Origin: an uncultured Gemmatimonadales bacterium
GTDB lineage: Bacteria; Gemmatimonadota; Gemmatimonadetes; Longimicrobiales; Gaopeijiaceae
Assembly (NCBI GenBank): GCA_963809895.1
Contig: CAWELD010000003.1
Coordinates: 896,001-960,000 of the forward strand
Reading direction: 5' to 3'
Length of the DNA: 64,000 bases
Position numbers and translations under genes: made by a program. Below are positions 1 through 8,977 of this stretch, piece after piece. The first letter of the stretch is position 1, and the number at the start of each line of letters is the position of its first letter. The notes beneath the pieces are model-generated. The model searched no databases, had not been told where the DNA came from, and saw nothing but the letters and a program-made list of their open reading frames with translations.

Positions 1-84
1 CTGCTCGTAGAGCGAATGGTCGCCTCCGAACACCGCGCGCTCGGGCGAAAGGGCGGTGCCGTGATACGCCACCAGCCGGCACAT
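1..84 (-). CDS. 5' end of class II glutamine amidotransferase, EgtC-like (runs off window)
   Basis: Manual translation gives MCRLVAYHGTALSPERAVFGGDHSLYEQ, with the N-terminal MCR of Ntn/class II GATases. The ATG overlaps the TGA of the upstream gene (TGATG). Not in the ORF track. Confidence 0.7.
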   Translation of the reverse strand, partial: MCRLVAYHGTALSPERAVFGGDHSLYEQ

Positions 85-1073
85 CAGGAGGGCCCGGGGG
101 CGCCGGCCCCCGCAAGGAGGCCCGGCAGGTCGTCCAGGCCCACGTTTCCACCGGACAGGACGGCCACCACCACCGACTCGGGCTCGAGGTGGACGGCGCC
201 GGCGAGGAGGGCGGCGACGCCCGCGGCGCCGGCGGGCTCCACGAGCTGCTTCTCGGCCTCCAGCAGGCGGGCCAGACCGTGCAGGATCGCCCGGTCGGAC
301 AGCGCCACCATGGTCTCCACGTGGTCCCGGACCACGGGATAGGTGCGCTGGCCGGCCATGGGAGCCCCCAGCCCGTCGGCCACCGTGTCCACGCGTTCGA
401 GACGTACGGCCCGCCCCTCCTCCAGGCTCGCCCCCATGCCGCGGGCACCGGTGGGCTCCACGCCGACCACCCGCGTATCGGGCGAGGCCAGCGCCAGCGC
501 GCCCGCGATGCCGGCGATGAGGCCGCCTCCGCCCACGGGCACCACCACCAGATCCGGCGCCGGGTCGAGCTGGTCCAGGATCTCCATGGCGATCGTGCCC
601 GTGCCCTCGAGAATCTCCGGATCGTCGAAGGGATGCACGAGGGTGCGTTCTTCCCGGTCGCGGATCTCGAAGCAGCGCTCGAGCGCCTCGAAGACGTTGC
701 CGTGCAGCACCACGTTCGCCCCGTGCGCTCGGCAGGCCGCCACCTTGACCCGGGACGCGGTCTCAGGCATGACCACGGTGGCGTCGATCCCGGCCCGGGC
801 CGCGGCCCAGGCCACGGCTGCCGCGTGGTTGCCCGCCGAGATGGTCACCACGCCCCGTGCGCGGGCGTCGGCGTCCAGGCTCAGCATCCGGTGCAACGCG
901 CCCCGCACCTTGAACGACCCGGTGGGCTGGAGATGCTCGCACTTGAGGTGCATGCGCACGCCGAGGGAGGCGGACAGCCGCGGTGCGTGAAGCAGAGGTG
1001 ACACGGGCACGACGCCCCGGAGGCGCTCCCGGGCGGCGGCCACGTCCTGGAGGGTGAAGGGCGGGTGGGGCAC
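84..1073 (-). CDS. PLP-dependent threonine/serine dehydratase family protein
   Basis: Motifs KCEHLQPTGSFKVRGA, SAGNHA, VPVGGGGL, EPAGAAG and SGGN. GTG start inferred at 1073. Confidence 0.9.
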   Translation of the reverse strand: MPHPPFTLQDVAAARERLRGVVPVSPLLHAPRLSASLGVRMHLKCEHLQPTGSFKVRGALHRMLSLDADARARGVVTISAGNHAAAVAWAAARAGIDATVVMPETASRVKVAACRAHGANVVLHGNVFEALERCFEIRDREERTLVHPFDDPEILEGTGTIAMEILDQLDPAPDLVVVPVGGGGLIAGIAGALALASPDTRVVGVEPTGARGMGASLEEGRAVRLERVDTVADGLGAPMAGQRTYPVVRDHVETMVALSDRAILHGLARLLEAEKQLVEPAGAAGVAALLAGAVHLEPESVVVAVLSGGNVGLDDLPGLLAGAGAPGPS

Positions 1074-1179
1074 GAAAGGCTCCTCAGGGGGATCGGTGGA
1101 CCTGTGAACCTCGGAGGGTGGTGGTCGTCTCGCCAGGGCTGGGCCCCGCGCAAAGCGGGGATCGGGTGGCTCGTATCGC

Positions 1180-1208
1180 TCGACCTTGCGCCGGAAATGT
1201 GGTATGTT
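1180..1208 (+). promoter_or_regulatory. Putative sigma70 promoter for TBDR-trxC-argR
   Basis: TCGACC-N17-TATGTT with extended -10 TGn. Confidence 0.35.
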
Positions 1209-1293
1209 CGCAGCGCTTTCGCGCCCGGCGGGTGGACCCCCTCCCGACACGTCACGCCGGACGGCCCGCGAATTCTCGATCCGAGGTGACTCC

Positions 1294-3981
1294 ATGCGCG
1301 CCATCACGCGTTCCCTCCTGGTCTTTCTCCTTGCGGGATCCTCATTGCTGGTCCCGCCACTCGCGGCCCAGCAGACCGGTGTCATCGCCGGCATGGTCCG
1401 CGATGCCGAGACCGGCCAGCCGCTGGCCACAGCCCAGGTCCAGGTGCTGGGCGCCGGCGAAGCGCAGGCGGGGGGCATCCTGAGCAACCAGTCCGGCACC
1501 TTCCGGCTGCAGCTCGCTCCGGGCACCTACTCGCTGGTGGCTGTTCTGGTAGGGTACCGTCAGGCACGCGTGGACGGTGTGGAGGTGACGGCGGGGGCTA
1601 CCACCGACGCCACCATCGAGATGACGTCCGATGCCTTCGAGCTGAATCCGGTGGTGGTGACCGCATCGCGCGGCCGGCAGGAGAAGGCTCTGGAATCACC
1701 CTCCACCATCGTCACCATCCCTCGGCAGCAGGTCCAGGAGCGGGCGGCTTTGAGTCCCGTGGAACACGTCAAGGCGCTGCCGGGCGTGGACATCTCCCAG
1801 ACCGGACTCACCCAGAGCAACGTGGTCACCCGGGGATTCAACAACATCTTCTCGGGCGCGCTGCTGGTGATGACGGACAACCGCTACGCCCACGTGCCGT
1901 CGCTCCGTTTCAACGCCTACAACATGATCCCGGCCACGCAGTTCGACGTGGAGCGCATGGAGGTGCTGCTGGGACCGGCAGCGGCGCTGTACGGCCCGAA
2001 CTCCGCCGACGGCGTGCTGCACATCATCACCACCTCGCCCATCGACGACCCAGGCACCAAGGTGAGCTTCACGGGCGGAGAGCGGTCGGTCTTCCAGACG
2101 CAGTTCCGGACCGCCTACAAGTTCAGCGAGACCGCCGGCTTCAAGGTCTCGGGCCAGTACTTCAAGGGTGACGACTGGGTCTTCCACGACCCGGTGGAGG
2201 ACTCGCTTGCGGCGCTCCCCGGCGCCGATCCCCTCATCGGCAAGCGCAACTTCGACGCCGAGCGCTGGGGAGGCGAGGCGCGTCTCGACCTGCGCCCATG
2301 GGACGACGGCGAGCTCATCTTCACCGCCGGGTACAACAACCTGGCGCACAGCATCGAGCTCACCGGCGTCGGTGCGGGGCAGGCCGACGGCTGGGGCTAC
2401 GGATACGGCCAGGTGCGCCTGCGCAAGGGCCGCCTCTTCACCCAGGCGTACATCAACCAGAGCAACGCCGGCGACTCGTACCTGCTGCGCACCGGCCAAC
2501 CCATCGTCGACAAGTCGCGCATGATGGTGGCCCAGATCCAGCACGGACTCTCCATCGGTGACCGCCAGGACTTCATCTACGGTCTGGACCTCCAGCGCAC
2601 CGAGCCCCGCACCGAGGGGACCATCACCGGGCGCAACGAGAACGACGACATCATCGACGAGGTGGGCGGCTACCTGCATTCCGAGACCTCGCTCTCGGAC
2701 AAGGTGGATCTGGTGGCGGCGCTGCGCATCGATCACCACAGCCGGCTCGAGGACCTGGTCTTCTCACCCCGGGCCGCCATCGTCTTCAAGCCCGTGGAGG
2801 ACCAGAACTTCCGCGTAACCTTCAACCGCGCCTTCTCCACGCCGACCACGAACAACCTCTTCCTGGATCTGCTCGCGGCTCGCATTCCGCTCAACGCGCA
2901 GGTCGGTTACGACGTGCGCACCCTGGGCGTGCCCGAGACGGGCTTCACCTTCGACGACACCTGCCAGGGCGGGCTGCAGGGCTACTGCATGTACAGCCCC
3001 TTCGCGCCCGGCACTCAGCTTCCGGCCAACGCCGCGCTGTTGTGGGACGGCCTGGTGCAGGCCCTGGTGCCCGCCCAGCTCCAGCCGGCGCTGCTCATGC
3101 CCGGAACCCAGCCCGGCGATCCCGCGCTCGCGTCGGTGTTCCGGCGCTTCAACCAGGAGCAGCTCACCTTCCTGCCCGATGACGGCCCGGAAGCCATCGA
3201 TCGCATCAAGCCCACCATCTCCAACACCTTCGAGGTGGGCTACAAGGGGATTCTGGGCGATCGCCTCCTCATCGCCGCCGACATCTACTCGAGCCGCGTC
3301 AAGGACTTCGTGGGCCCGCTGCGCGTCGAGACGCCCAGCGTGTTCTTCGACGCGGCCTCGGTGCAGGCCTTCGTGTTGAAGCGGCTGGGCCCCCTCATCC
3401 AGGGCGGGTTGGTCACGCAGCAGGAGGCCGCTCAGATCATCGCCGGAATCGCCATGGTTCCAGTCGGGACCGTGGCGCCGGATCAGAACGGCAACCCGGA
3501 TCTGATCCTCACGTACCGGAACTTCGGCGACGTGGACCTGTGGGGCGCCGACCTCTCGTTCCAGTTCCTGGCCACCGACGCGCTCAGCTTCAGCGGCTCG
3601 TACTCGCGGGTGAGCGACGAGTGCTTCCGGTTCAGCGAAGGCACCAGCGACGCAGATTGCACGAGCCCCCTGGACATCGCCCTCAACGCGCCCAAGAACA
3701 AGGGATCGCTGGGCGTGCGCTGGGAGGACAAGCTCCTGGGGATCAGCGCCGAGGGGCGCGTCCGCTTCTCCGAGTCGTTCCCCATGAATTCGGGCGTGTA
3801 CACGGGAACCGTCGACGGCTATACCGTGGTGGACGCCAACGTGGGCTACCGCTTCCGCGCGCTGGCGGGGGCCTCCGTCAGCCTGACCGCCACCAACCTC
3901 TTCGACGACGTGCATCGGGAGTTCGTGGGCGCCCCGCGGCTCGGGCGTCTCCTCCTGCTCCGCATGCAGTACGCCTTCTGA
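1294..3981 (+). CDS. TonB-dependent receptor with N-terminal carboxypeptidase-regulatory-like domain
   Basis: Signal peptide, VVVTASR, plug motif ERMEVLLGPAAALYGPNS, NLFD and C-terminal Phe. Confidence 0.92.
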   Translation: MRAITRSLLVFLLAGSSLLVPPLAAQQTGVIAGMVRDAETGQPLATAQVQVLGAGEAQAGGILSNQSGTFRLQLAPGTYSLVAVLVGYRQARVDGVEVTAGATTDATIEMTSDAFELNPVVVTASRGRQEKALESPSTIVTIPRQQVQERAALSPVEHVKALPGVDISQTGLTQSNVVTRGFNNIFSGALLVMTDNRYAHVPSLRFNAYNMIPATQFDVERMEVLLGPAAALYGPNSADGVLHIITTSPIDDPGTKVSFTGGERSVFQTQFRTAYKFSETAGFKVSGQYFKGDDWVFHDPVEDSLAALPGADPLIGKRNFDAERWGGEARLDLRPWDDGELIFTAGYNNLAHSIELTGVGAGQADGWGYGYGQVRLRKGRLFTQAYINQSNAGDSYLLRTGQPIVDKSRMMVAQIQHGLSIGDRQDFIYGLDLQRTEPRTEGTITGRNENDDIIDEVGGYLHSETSLSDKVDLVAALRIDHHSRLEDLVFSPRAAIVFKPVEDQNFRVTFNRAFSTPTTNNLFLDLLAARIPLNAQVGYDVRTLGVPETGFTFDDTCQGGLQGYCMYSPFAPGTQLPANAALLWDGLVQALVPAQLQPALLMPGTQPGDPALASVFRRFNQEQLTFLPDDGPEAIDRIKPTISNTFEVGYKGILGDRLLIAADIYSSRVKDFVGPLRVETPSVFFDAASVQAFVLKRLGPLIQGGLVTQQEAAQIIAGIAMVPVGTVAPDQNGNPDLILTYRNFGDVDLWGADLSFQFLATDALSFSGSYSRVSDECFRFSEGTSDADCTSPLDIALNAPKNKGSLGVRWEDKLLGISAEGRVRFSESFPMNSGVYTGTVDGYTVVDANVGYRFRALAGASVSLTATNLFDDVHREFVGAPRLGRLLLLRMQYAF

Positions 3982-4448
3982 TGACCGTGGACACCACCCA
4001 GGCCAGCAACTCCGACACCGGTGAGGTCACCGTCCGCTGTGGGTTCTGTGCGACGAAGAACCGCATCGCTCTGTGGCGGGCGCCCGATCGCCCCAAGTGC
4101 GGCAAGTGTGGTCGGCCCATGCTGCTGGATCGCCCGGTGAAGGTGGACGAGGACGACTTCGACACCACCGTCCTTCAGGCCGGCGGACCGGTCCTGGTGG
4201 ATTTCTATGCGGACTGGTGCGGTCCCTGTCGCATGGCGGCACCGGTGCTCGACGAGTTGGCGGGAACGCACGTGGGCCACCTTCTCGTGGCCAAGGTGGA
4301 CACGGACCGCGCCCCGGGCCTGTCGCAGCGCCTGGGGATTCGCGGCGTGCCCACGATGATTCTCTTCCGCGACGGTGAAGAGGTGGATCGCGTCGTTGGA
4401 TTCGATCCGGGCCGGCTGCGCCAGATGGCGCAGGAGGCAACGGCCTGA
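3981..4448 (+). CDS. trxC: Thioredoxin 2 type with N-terminal Zn ribbon
   Basis: CGFC and CGKC followed by the WCGPC active site. TGATG coupling with the TBDR gene. Confidence 0.88.
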   Translation: MTVDTTQASNSDTGEVTVRCGFCATKNRIALWRAPDRPKCGKCGRPMLLDRPVKVDEDDFDTTVLQAGGPVLVDFYADWCGPCRMAAPVLDELAGTHVGHLLVAKVDTDRAPGLSQRLGIRGVPTMILFRDGEEVDRVVGFDPGRLRQMAQEATA

Positions 4449-4450
4449 CC

Positions 4451-4906
4451 ATGTCGTCCAAGCGCGAGCGCCAGACGGCCATCATGGAGGTGATCCGCGA
4501 GCACCGGATCACGAGCCAGGAGGGCCTGCGAGAGCTCCTGATGGAGCGTGGCATCGACGTCACCCAGGCCACGGTGTCCCGCGACGTTCGTGAGCTACGT
4601 CTGGTCAAGGTGCCCGACGCCGAGGGCGTCTCGCACTACACGCTGCCCGAGGAGTGGGAGAACACGCCGCCGCTGGAGACGTTGCTGCCTACCCTGTACC
4701 AGTCCGCGGAGGGCACGCGTAACCTGCTGGTGATTCGGACCATGACCGGGGGCGCGCAGGCGGTGGCCCTGGCCATCGACTGGGAGGAGTGGCCCGAGGT
4801 GCTCGGGAGCATCGCCGGCGACGACACCATCCTCCTCATCTGTCGCGAAGACGAGCAGGTGGAGGTGGTCCAGCAGCGTCTGCGGGAGATCGCAGGGCAG
4901 GGCTGA
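4451..4906 (+). CDS. argR: Arginine repressor
   Basis: VTQATVSRDVREL and GSIAGDDTILLI motifs; next to the arg genes. Confidence 0.95.
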   Translation: MSSKRERQTAIMEVIREHRITSQEGLRELLMERGIDVTQATVSRDVRELRLVKVPDAEGVSHYTLPEEWENTPPLETLLPTLYQSAEGTRNLLVIRTMTGGAQAVALAIDWEEWPEVLGSIAGDDTILLICREDEQVEVVQQRLREIAGQG

Positions 4907-4930
4907 GCCGCGGCTGGAAGGAACGAAGGA

Positions 4931-4961
4931 GGCCGACCTCTACGGGGTCGGCTTGTTTTTT
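4931..4961 (+). terminator. Intrinsic terminator after argR
   Basis: GCCGACCTC-TAC-GGGGTCGGC hairpin followed by TTGTTTTTT. Confidence 0.75.
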
Positions 4962-5043
4962 ATGCACCATCGGCCTTCGCCTTGTGAATCCCCGCGGTCC
5001 GCTACAGGATGGGAGTGGCACTCCCATCGTCCATCGCCCTCGA

Positions 5044-5082
5044 CCCTTGTGTTCATGCAGCAGGAATGTATTTTTATGCCCA
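5044..5082 (+). promoter_or_regulatory. Tandem ARG boxes (ArgR operator) before argC
   Basis: TGTATTTTTATGCC (5067-5080) plus a weaker box ending ATGCA 21 bp upstream. Fits TGMATWWWWATKCA with the 18+3 spacing. Confidence 0.75.
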
Positions 5083-6056
5083 TGAATGCACTCTCTGGCC
5101 CCTCCACCACCGTGGGTGTGGTGGGGGGGAGTGGCTATACGGGGCTCGAGGTCCTGCATCTGCTGGCACGCCACGACGGCGTGCGCGTCGGCTTCGCCAC
5201 GGCCCGCAGCGACGCGGGCAGCGCGACCCCGGTAGCAGGGCTGGACTTCAGCGAGGCCCACGGCGATGTCGTGTCGGAGGCCGACCTGCTCTTCCTCTGT
5301 CTGCCCCACGGCGCCGCCGTATCGTGGGTCGAGGAGGCCCGGGCCGCCGGTACGCGCGTCGTGGACCTGACGGCGGACCACCGGCCCGGCTCGGGGCGCG
5401 AAGCGGACGTGGTCTACGGTCTTCCGGACCGGTCACCGGCCGGATTGTCCGACGCGCCGGTGGTGGCCAACCCCGGCTGCTATCCCACTGGGGTGATCCT
5501 GTCGCTGGCGCCGCTGCTCGAGGCCGGGCTTCTCGACCTCGGCCGGCCCGCGGTCGTCCACGCCGCCTCGGGAGTCACCGGCGCAGGACGCTCGCCCCGC
5601 CGTGACCTCCTGTTCGCCGAGGTCCACGGGGATTTCCGGCCCTACGGTCTGGGCAACGACCACCGGCACCTGCTGGAGATGCGCGCCGCGCTGCCGGGAC
5701 TCCAGCTCCTCTTCACGCCCCACCTGCTACCCGTGCCGCGGGGCATCCTGGAGACGATGGCGGTGCCGGTGCGGCCGGGGGTCGACGCGGACACGGTGCG
5801 AGCGCTCTGGCGCGCGGCCTATGACGAGAGCCCGTCGGTCCGGGTGCGCGACGAGGCCCCTTCGCTGGGCCGGGTGGTGGGGACCGACGAACTGTTGCTC
5901 TCGGTCCACGACAACCAGGGCCTGACCGCGCCGACCCTCACGCTGGTGGCGGCTTTCGACAACCTGGGCAAGGGTGCCGCCGGCCAGGCGGTCCAGAACA
6001 TGAACCTCATGCTCGGCTTCGATGCCGGGAAGGGTCTTCGATGCGGACGGTGGTGA
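5082..6056 (+). CDS. argC: N-acetyl-gamma-glutamyl-phosphate reductase
   Basis: GGSGYTG, LCLPHG, ANPGCYPT and DNLGKGAAGQAVQNMN. The start could be 5076. Confidence 0.95.
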   Translation: MNALSGPSTTVGVVGGSGYTGLEVLHLLARHDGVRVGFATARSDAGSATPVAGLDFSEAHGDVVSEADLLFLCLPHGAAVSWVEEARAAGTRVVDLTADHRPGSGREADVVYGLPDRSPAGLSDAPVVANPGCYPTGVILSLAPLLEAGLLDLGRPAVVHAASGVTGAGRSPRRDLLFAEVHGDFRPYGLGNDHRHLLEMRAALPGLQLLFTPHLLPVPRGILETMAVPVRPGVDADTVRALWRAAYDESPSVRVRDEAPSLGRVVGTDELLLSVHDNQGLTAPTLTLVAAFDNLGKGAAGQAVQNMNLMLGFDAGKGLRCGRW

Positions 6057-6802
6057 AGGTGGGAGGACGCGTCGTGGAGGATCCCGACGCGCTCGAGGTC
6101 CTGGCGCGCCGGCTGGGTTCGCTTCCGGGGCAGCCCGTCGTGGTACACGGCGGCGGCTCCGCCATTACGGAGTGGCAGGCCCGCGCCGGTGTGCCGGTGG
6201 CCTTTCAGGACGGCTTGCGCGTGACCTCGCCCGAAGGCATGGAGGTCACGGCCATGGTCCTCTCGGGGCTCATGAACAAGCGCCTGGTCGCCGCGCTCCT
6301 GAGCGCCGGGGAGCCGGCAGTGGGCCTGTCCGGAGAGGATGGAGCCCTGCTGCAGGCGGCGTGGAAGGACCGGGAGCGTCTCGGCGAGGTCGGCGAGGTC
6401 GTAGCCGTGAACCCCACGCCCATCGCTGCGCTGCTGGCGGCGGGACTCCTGCCGGTGGTGTCACCGGTGTCGCGGGGACCCGACGGCCGTCCCCTAAACG
6501 TGAATGCCGACGAGGCGGCCATCGCCCTGGCCGTGGGGCTGAACGCGCATCGCCTGCTGCTCGTTTCCGACGTCGACGGGGTGCTGGTGGACGGCATGCC
6601 CCGGGGCATGCTGGATCCGGCGGGCGCGGACGATCTCCTGGACAGCGGCGTCGTCACGGGAGGCATGGCCGTGAAGGTGCGGCAGGCGTTGGTCGCCGCC
6701 CGGGCCGGGGTCGAGGTCCGCATCGGCGGTCCGGCCATCCTGAACGACGACTTCGCGGGCACCCGTATCCGGTCGGCCTCGCGCGCCGAGGCGGTGGCGT
6801 GA
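6041..6802 (+). CDS. argB: Acetylglutamate kinase
   Basis: VVKVGG, VVHGGG, NVNAD, SDVDGV and GGMAVK. Confidence 0.93.
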   Translation: MRTVVKVGGRVVEDPDALEVLARRLGSLPGQPVVVHGGGSAITEWQARAGVPVAFQDGLRVTSPEGMEVTAMVLSGLMNKRLVAALLSAGEPAVGLSGEDGALLQAAWKDRERLGEVGEVVAVNPTPIAALLAAGLLPVVSPVSRGPDGRPLNVNADEAAIALAVGLNAHRLLLVSDVDGVLVDGMPRGMLDPAGADDLLDSGVVTGGMAVKVRQALVAARAGVEVRIGGPAILNDDFAGTRIRSASRAEAVA

Positions 6803-7983
6803 GCGGAGCCGCCGTGGATCAGCGCGCCGGGCTTCTGGGGCTCTACGCCCCGCCCGAGCCCCTGTTCGTGGCCGGTGACGGAGCCTGGCTCATCGACGGC
6901 GAAGGGAAGCGCTACCTCGACTTCACCGCGGGCATCGCCGTGAACGCCCTGGGCCACGGCAGTCCCGTGGTGGCGGACGCCGTGCGCGAGGCCCTGGACA
7001 CGGGCTTGATCCACACCTCGAACCTCTTTCGCACCACCCCCGCGGAGCAGCTCGCCGCGGAGCTGATCGACGTCACCTTCCCAGGCGGCGTGTTCTTCTG
7101 CAACTCCGGCGCCGAAGCCGGCGAGGCGGCCTTCAAGTTCGCGCGGCGCTGGGCTCGCGCCGCCGGTGGACCGGACAAGCACGGCATCGTGGCCTTCCAC
7201 GGCTCGTTCCACGGTCGACTCTTCGGCACCCTCGCGGCCACGGATCGGCCGGCCTACCGGGAGCCCTTCGAGCCGCTCATGCCCGGTGTTCGCTTCGCCG
7301 ATCTCGATGACCTCTCCACGCTGGACGCCGCCGTGAGCGGCGCCGGCACGGCCGCCGTGGTGGTGGAGCCGGTGCAGGGTGAGGGCGGTGTGCGCCCCGT
7401 GCCCCCGGAGGTTCTTCGCCACATCCGGGATCTGTGTGACGCCCGCGGCGTGGCGTTGATCTTCGACGAGGTACAGTGCGGATACGGGCGCACGGGCGAC
7501 CTGTTCGCGTACGAGGCCTCGGGCGTGCGCCCGGACCTCCTCACGCTGGCCAAGCCCATGGCCGGTGGACTGCCCATGGGGGCGGTGGTGGCGGCGCCCC
7601 ACATCGCCGAGGCGCTGAAGCCCGGCGATCACGCGACCACGTTCGGGGGTGGACCGCTGGTGGCCACCGTGGCGCGCGCCGTCCTGCGCACCCTCTCCCA
7701 GCCGGCGTTTCTCGACGGTGTGCGCGAGCGCGGGCAACGACTCGAGCACGCACTGGAGGAACTGGCGTCGCAGGCTCCGGGGGTGCGCGCCTTGAGAGGG
7801 CGTGGGCTCATGCGAGGCGTCGTGCTCGACGGTCCGGCCGCGCCGGTGGTAACCGAGGCCAGGGAGCGGGGTCTTCTCGTCTGCTCGGCCGGCCCCGACG
7901 TGGTGCGTCTGGTACCGCCCTTGAACATCGATCTGGACCTGCTGGACCGGGGCGTGGACATTCTGCGCCGTGTCCTCTCGTGA
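6799..7983 (+). CDS. argD: Acetylornithine aminotransferase
   Basis: DFTAGIAVNALGH, NSGAEA, FHGR, DEVQCGYGRTG and HATTFGG. GTG start overlaps the argB stop. Confidence 0.93.
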   Translation: MSGAAVDQRAGLLGLYAPPEPLFVAGDGAWLIDGEGKRYLDFTAGIAVNALGHGSPVVADAVREALDTGLIHTSNLFRTTPAEQLAAELIDVTFPGGVFFCNSGAEAGEAAFKFARRWARAAGGPDKHGIVAFHGSFHGRLFGTLAATDRPAYREPFEPLMPGVRFADLDDLSTLDAAVSGAGTAAVVVEPVQGEGGVRPVPPEVLRHIRDLCDARGVALIFDEVQCGYGRTGDLFAYEASGVRPDLLTLAKPMAGGLPMGAVVAAPHIAEALKPGDHATTFGGGPLVATVARAVLRTLSQPAFLDGVRERGQRLEHALEELASQAPGVRALRGRGLMRGVVLDGPAAPVVTEARERGLLVCSAGPDVVRLVPPLNIDLDLLDRGVDILRRVLS

Positions 7984-8561
7984 GCGCGGCCGCACCCCTT
8001 GCGCTCTCCGAGCGCTCCCGCAGGGCCACGCTCGGCGACACCGCCGCCATGAGCGCCCTCATCAACGGCTATGCGGCCCAGGGCCTGATGCTGCCCAAGT
8101 CGGTGCCCGAGTTGTGCCGCTTCTTCCGGGAATACCGGGTGGCGACGTCGTCCAGCGGGGAGCTCCTCGCCTGCGGCGGATTGAGGATCTACACCCCGGA
8201 CCTCGCCGAGATCGTGGGCCTGGCCGTGGCGCCGGCGTCCCAGGGCAGGGGCCTGGGCCGCGTTCTCGTCGAGGAGCTCACCGAAGACGCACGCCGGCTC
8301 GGAATCGGGCGGATCTTCGCCATGACCTTCGAGGCCGACTTCTTCGGGCGTCTCGGCTTCCACCCCGTGACGCGGGACAGCATTCCGGAGAAGATGGCGG
8401 CCGATTGCAGGAGCTGCGCGCGCCGTGTGGGGTGCCAGGAGATCGCCGTCGCGCGCACGCTCGCCCCGCTGCCCCGGAGCGTTGCGGGGTGGCCGCGTGG
8501 GTCGGACGCACGGGCGCTTCGCCCCCTGCGGGTGTTGACATCATACAGTCATAGTGTATAA
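7980..8561 (+). CDS. argA: Short GNAT N-acetylglutamate synthase
   Basis: GNAT acetyl-CoA motif QGRGLG, FFGRLGF and a C-terminal CxxC...C cluster typical of short ArgA; located in the arg operon. Confidence 0.75.
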   Translation: MSAAAPLALSERSRRATLGDTAAMSALINGYAAQGLMLPKSVPELCRFFREYRVATSSSGELLACGGLRIYTPDLAEIVGLAVAPASQGRGLGRVLVEELTEDARRLGIGRIFAMTFEADFFGRLGFHPVTRDSIPEKMAADCRSCARRVGCQEIAVARTLAPLPRSVAGWPRGSDARALRPLRVLTSYSHSV

Positions 8562-8570
8562 TTATGCCCT
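8532..8570 (+). promoter_or_regulatory. Consensus sigma70 promoter overlapped by tandem ARG boxes
   Basis: TTGACA (8535-8540)-N16-TATAAT (8557-8562). Box TGTATAATTATGCC (8555-8568) and a weaker box ending ATACA 21 bp upstream. Confidence 0.85.
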
Positions 8571-8605
8571 GATGCGGGATCGTGGATCTCGCGTGGGAAC
8601 CATGA

Positions 8606-8697
8606 CGGGACCGGGGGCAGGACTGAAAGGGAGCGATCCCACCGGCGCCTTGGCGGGAGGCGTCCGGCGACCTGACCCCCGGCCCGGCTTCTTTTTT
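8606..8697 (+). ncRNA. Candidate structured cis-regulatory leader RNA (three-way junction plus U tract)
   Basis: P1 8606-8621/8671-8686; P2 GGGA-GCGA-TCCC (GNRA loop); P3 8642-8667; then CTTCTTTTTT. Confidence 0.5.
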
Positions 8698-8736
8698 CAC
8701 CCCACGGCGCGGTCCGGCGCCCCCACCCCGGACGCG

Positions 8737-8919
8737 GCCAGCGAGTTGGCGACCTTCGGCGCCAGCGACTACGATCACGCGGACGCCGCCGGGTTCATCC
8801 GGCTCTTCGGTCTGCCCGTGCGCGCCGCCGCGGCCCTCCAGGCCACCCGGAACGGGAATCACCGGGCTGGAGACGCGGTGGGCGCGTTGTTGCGCGAGGT
8901 GGCGGGCCTGGGAGTCTGA
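8737..8919 (+). pseudogene. argG: 3' remnant of argininosuccinate synthase
   Basis: ELATFGASDYDHADAAGFIRLFGLP matches the ArgG C-terminal helix. It lies directly before argH and the catalytic part is absent. Confidence 0.75.
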
Positions 8920-8977
8920 GGTCCGTTCCGGTCGCAGACCGGGGGCGCATCGACACTCTTCCATCCCGCCACGATCC

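Noticed and set aside
6205..7995. Long antisense and alternative-frame ORFs (here and throughout the window)
   Set aside because: Shadow ORFs expected at high GC; they overlap well-supported genes and have Arg/Gly/Pro-rich composition.
8591..8604. GCGTGGGAACCATG resembling a T-box bulge
   Set aside because: It has an extra base relative to UGGNACC, and there is no room for Stem I between the promoter and the motif.
8611..8650. Partial likeness to the FMN riboswitch 5' end or a hammerhead CUGA core
   Set aside because: The remaining conserved FMN stems and the hammerhead CUGANGA/GAAA core are missing.
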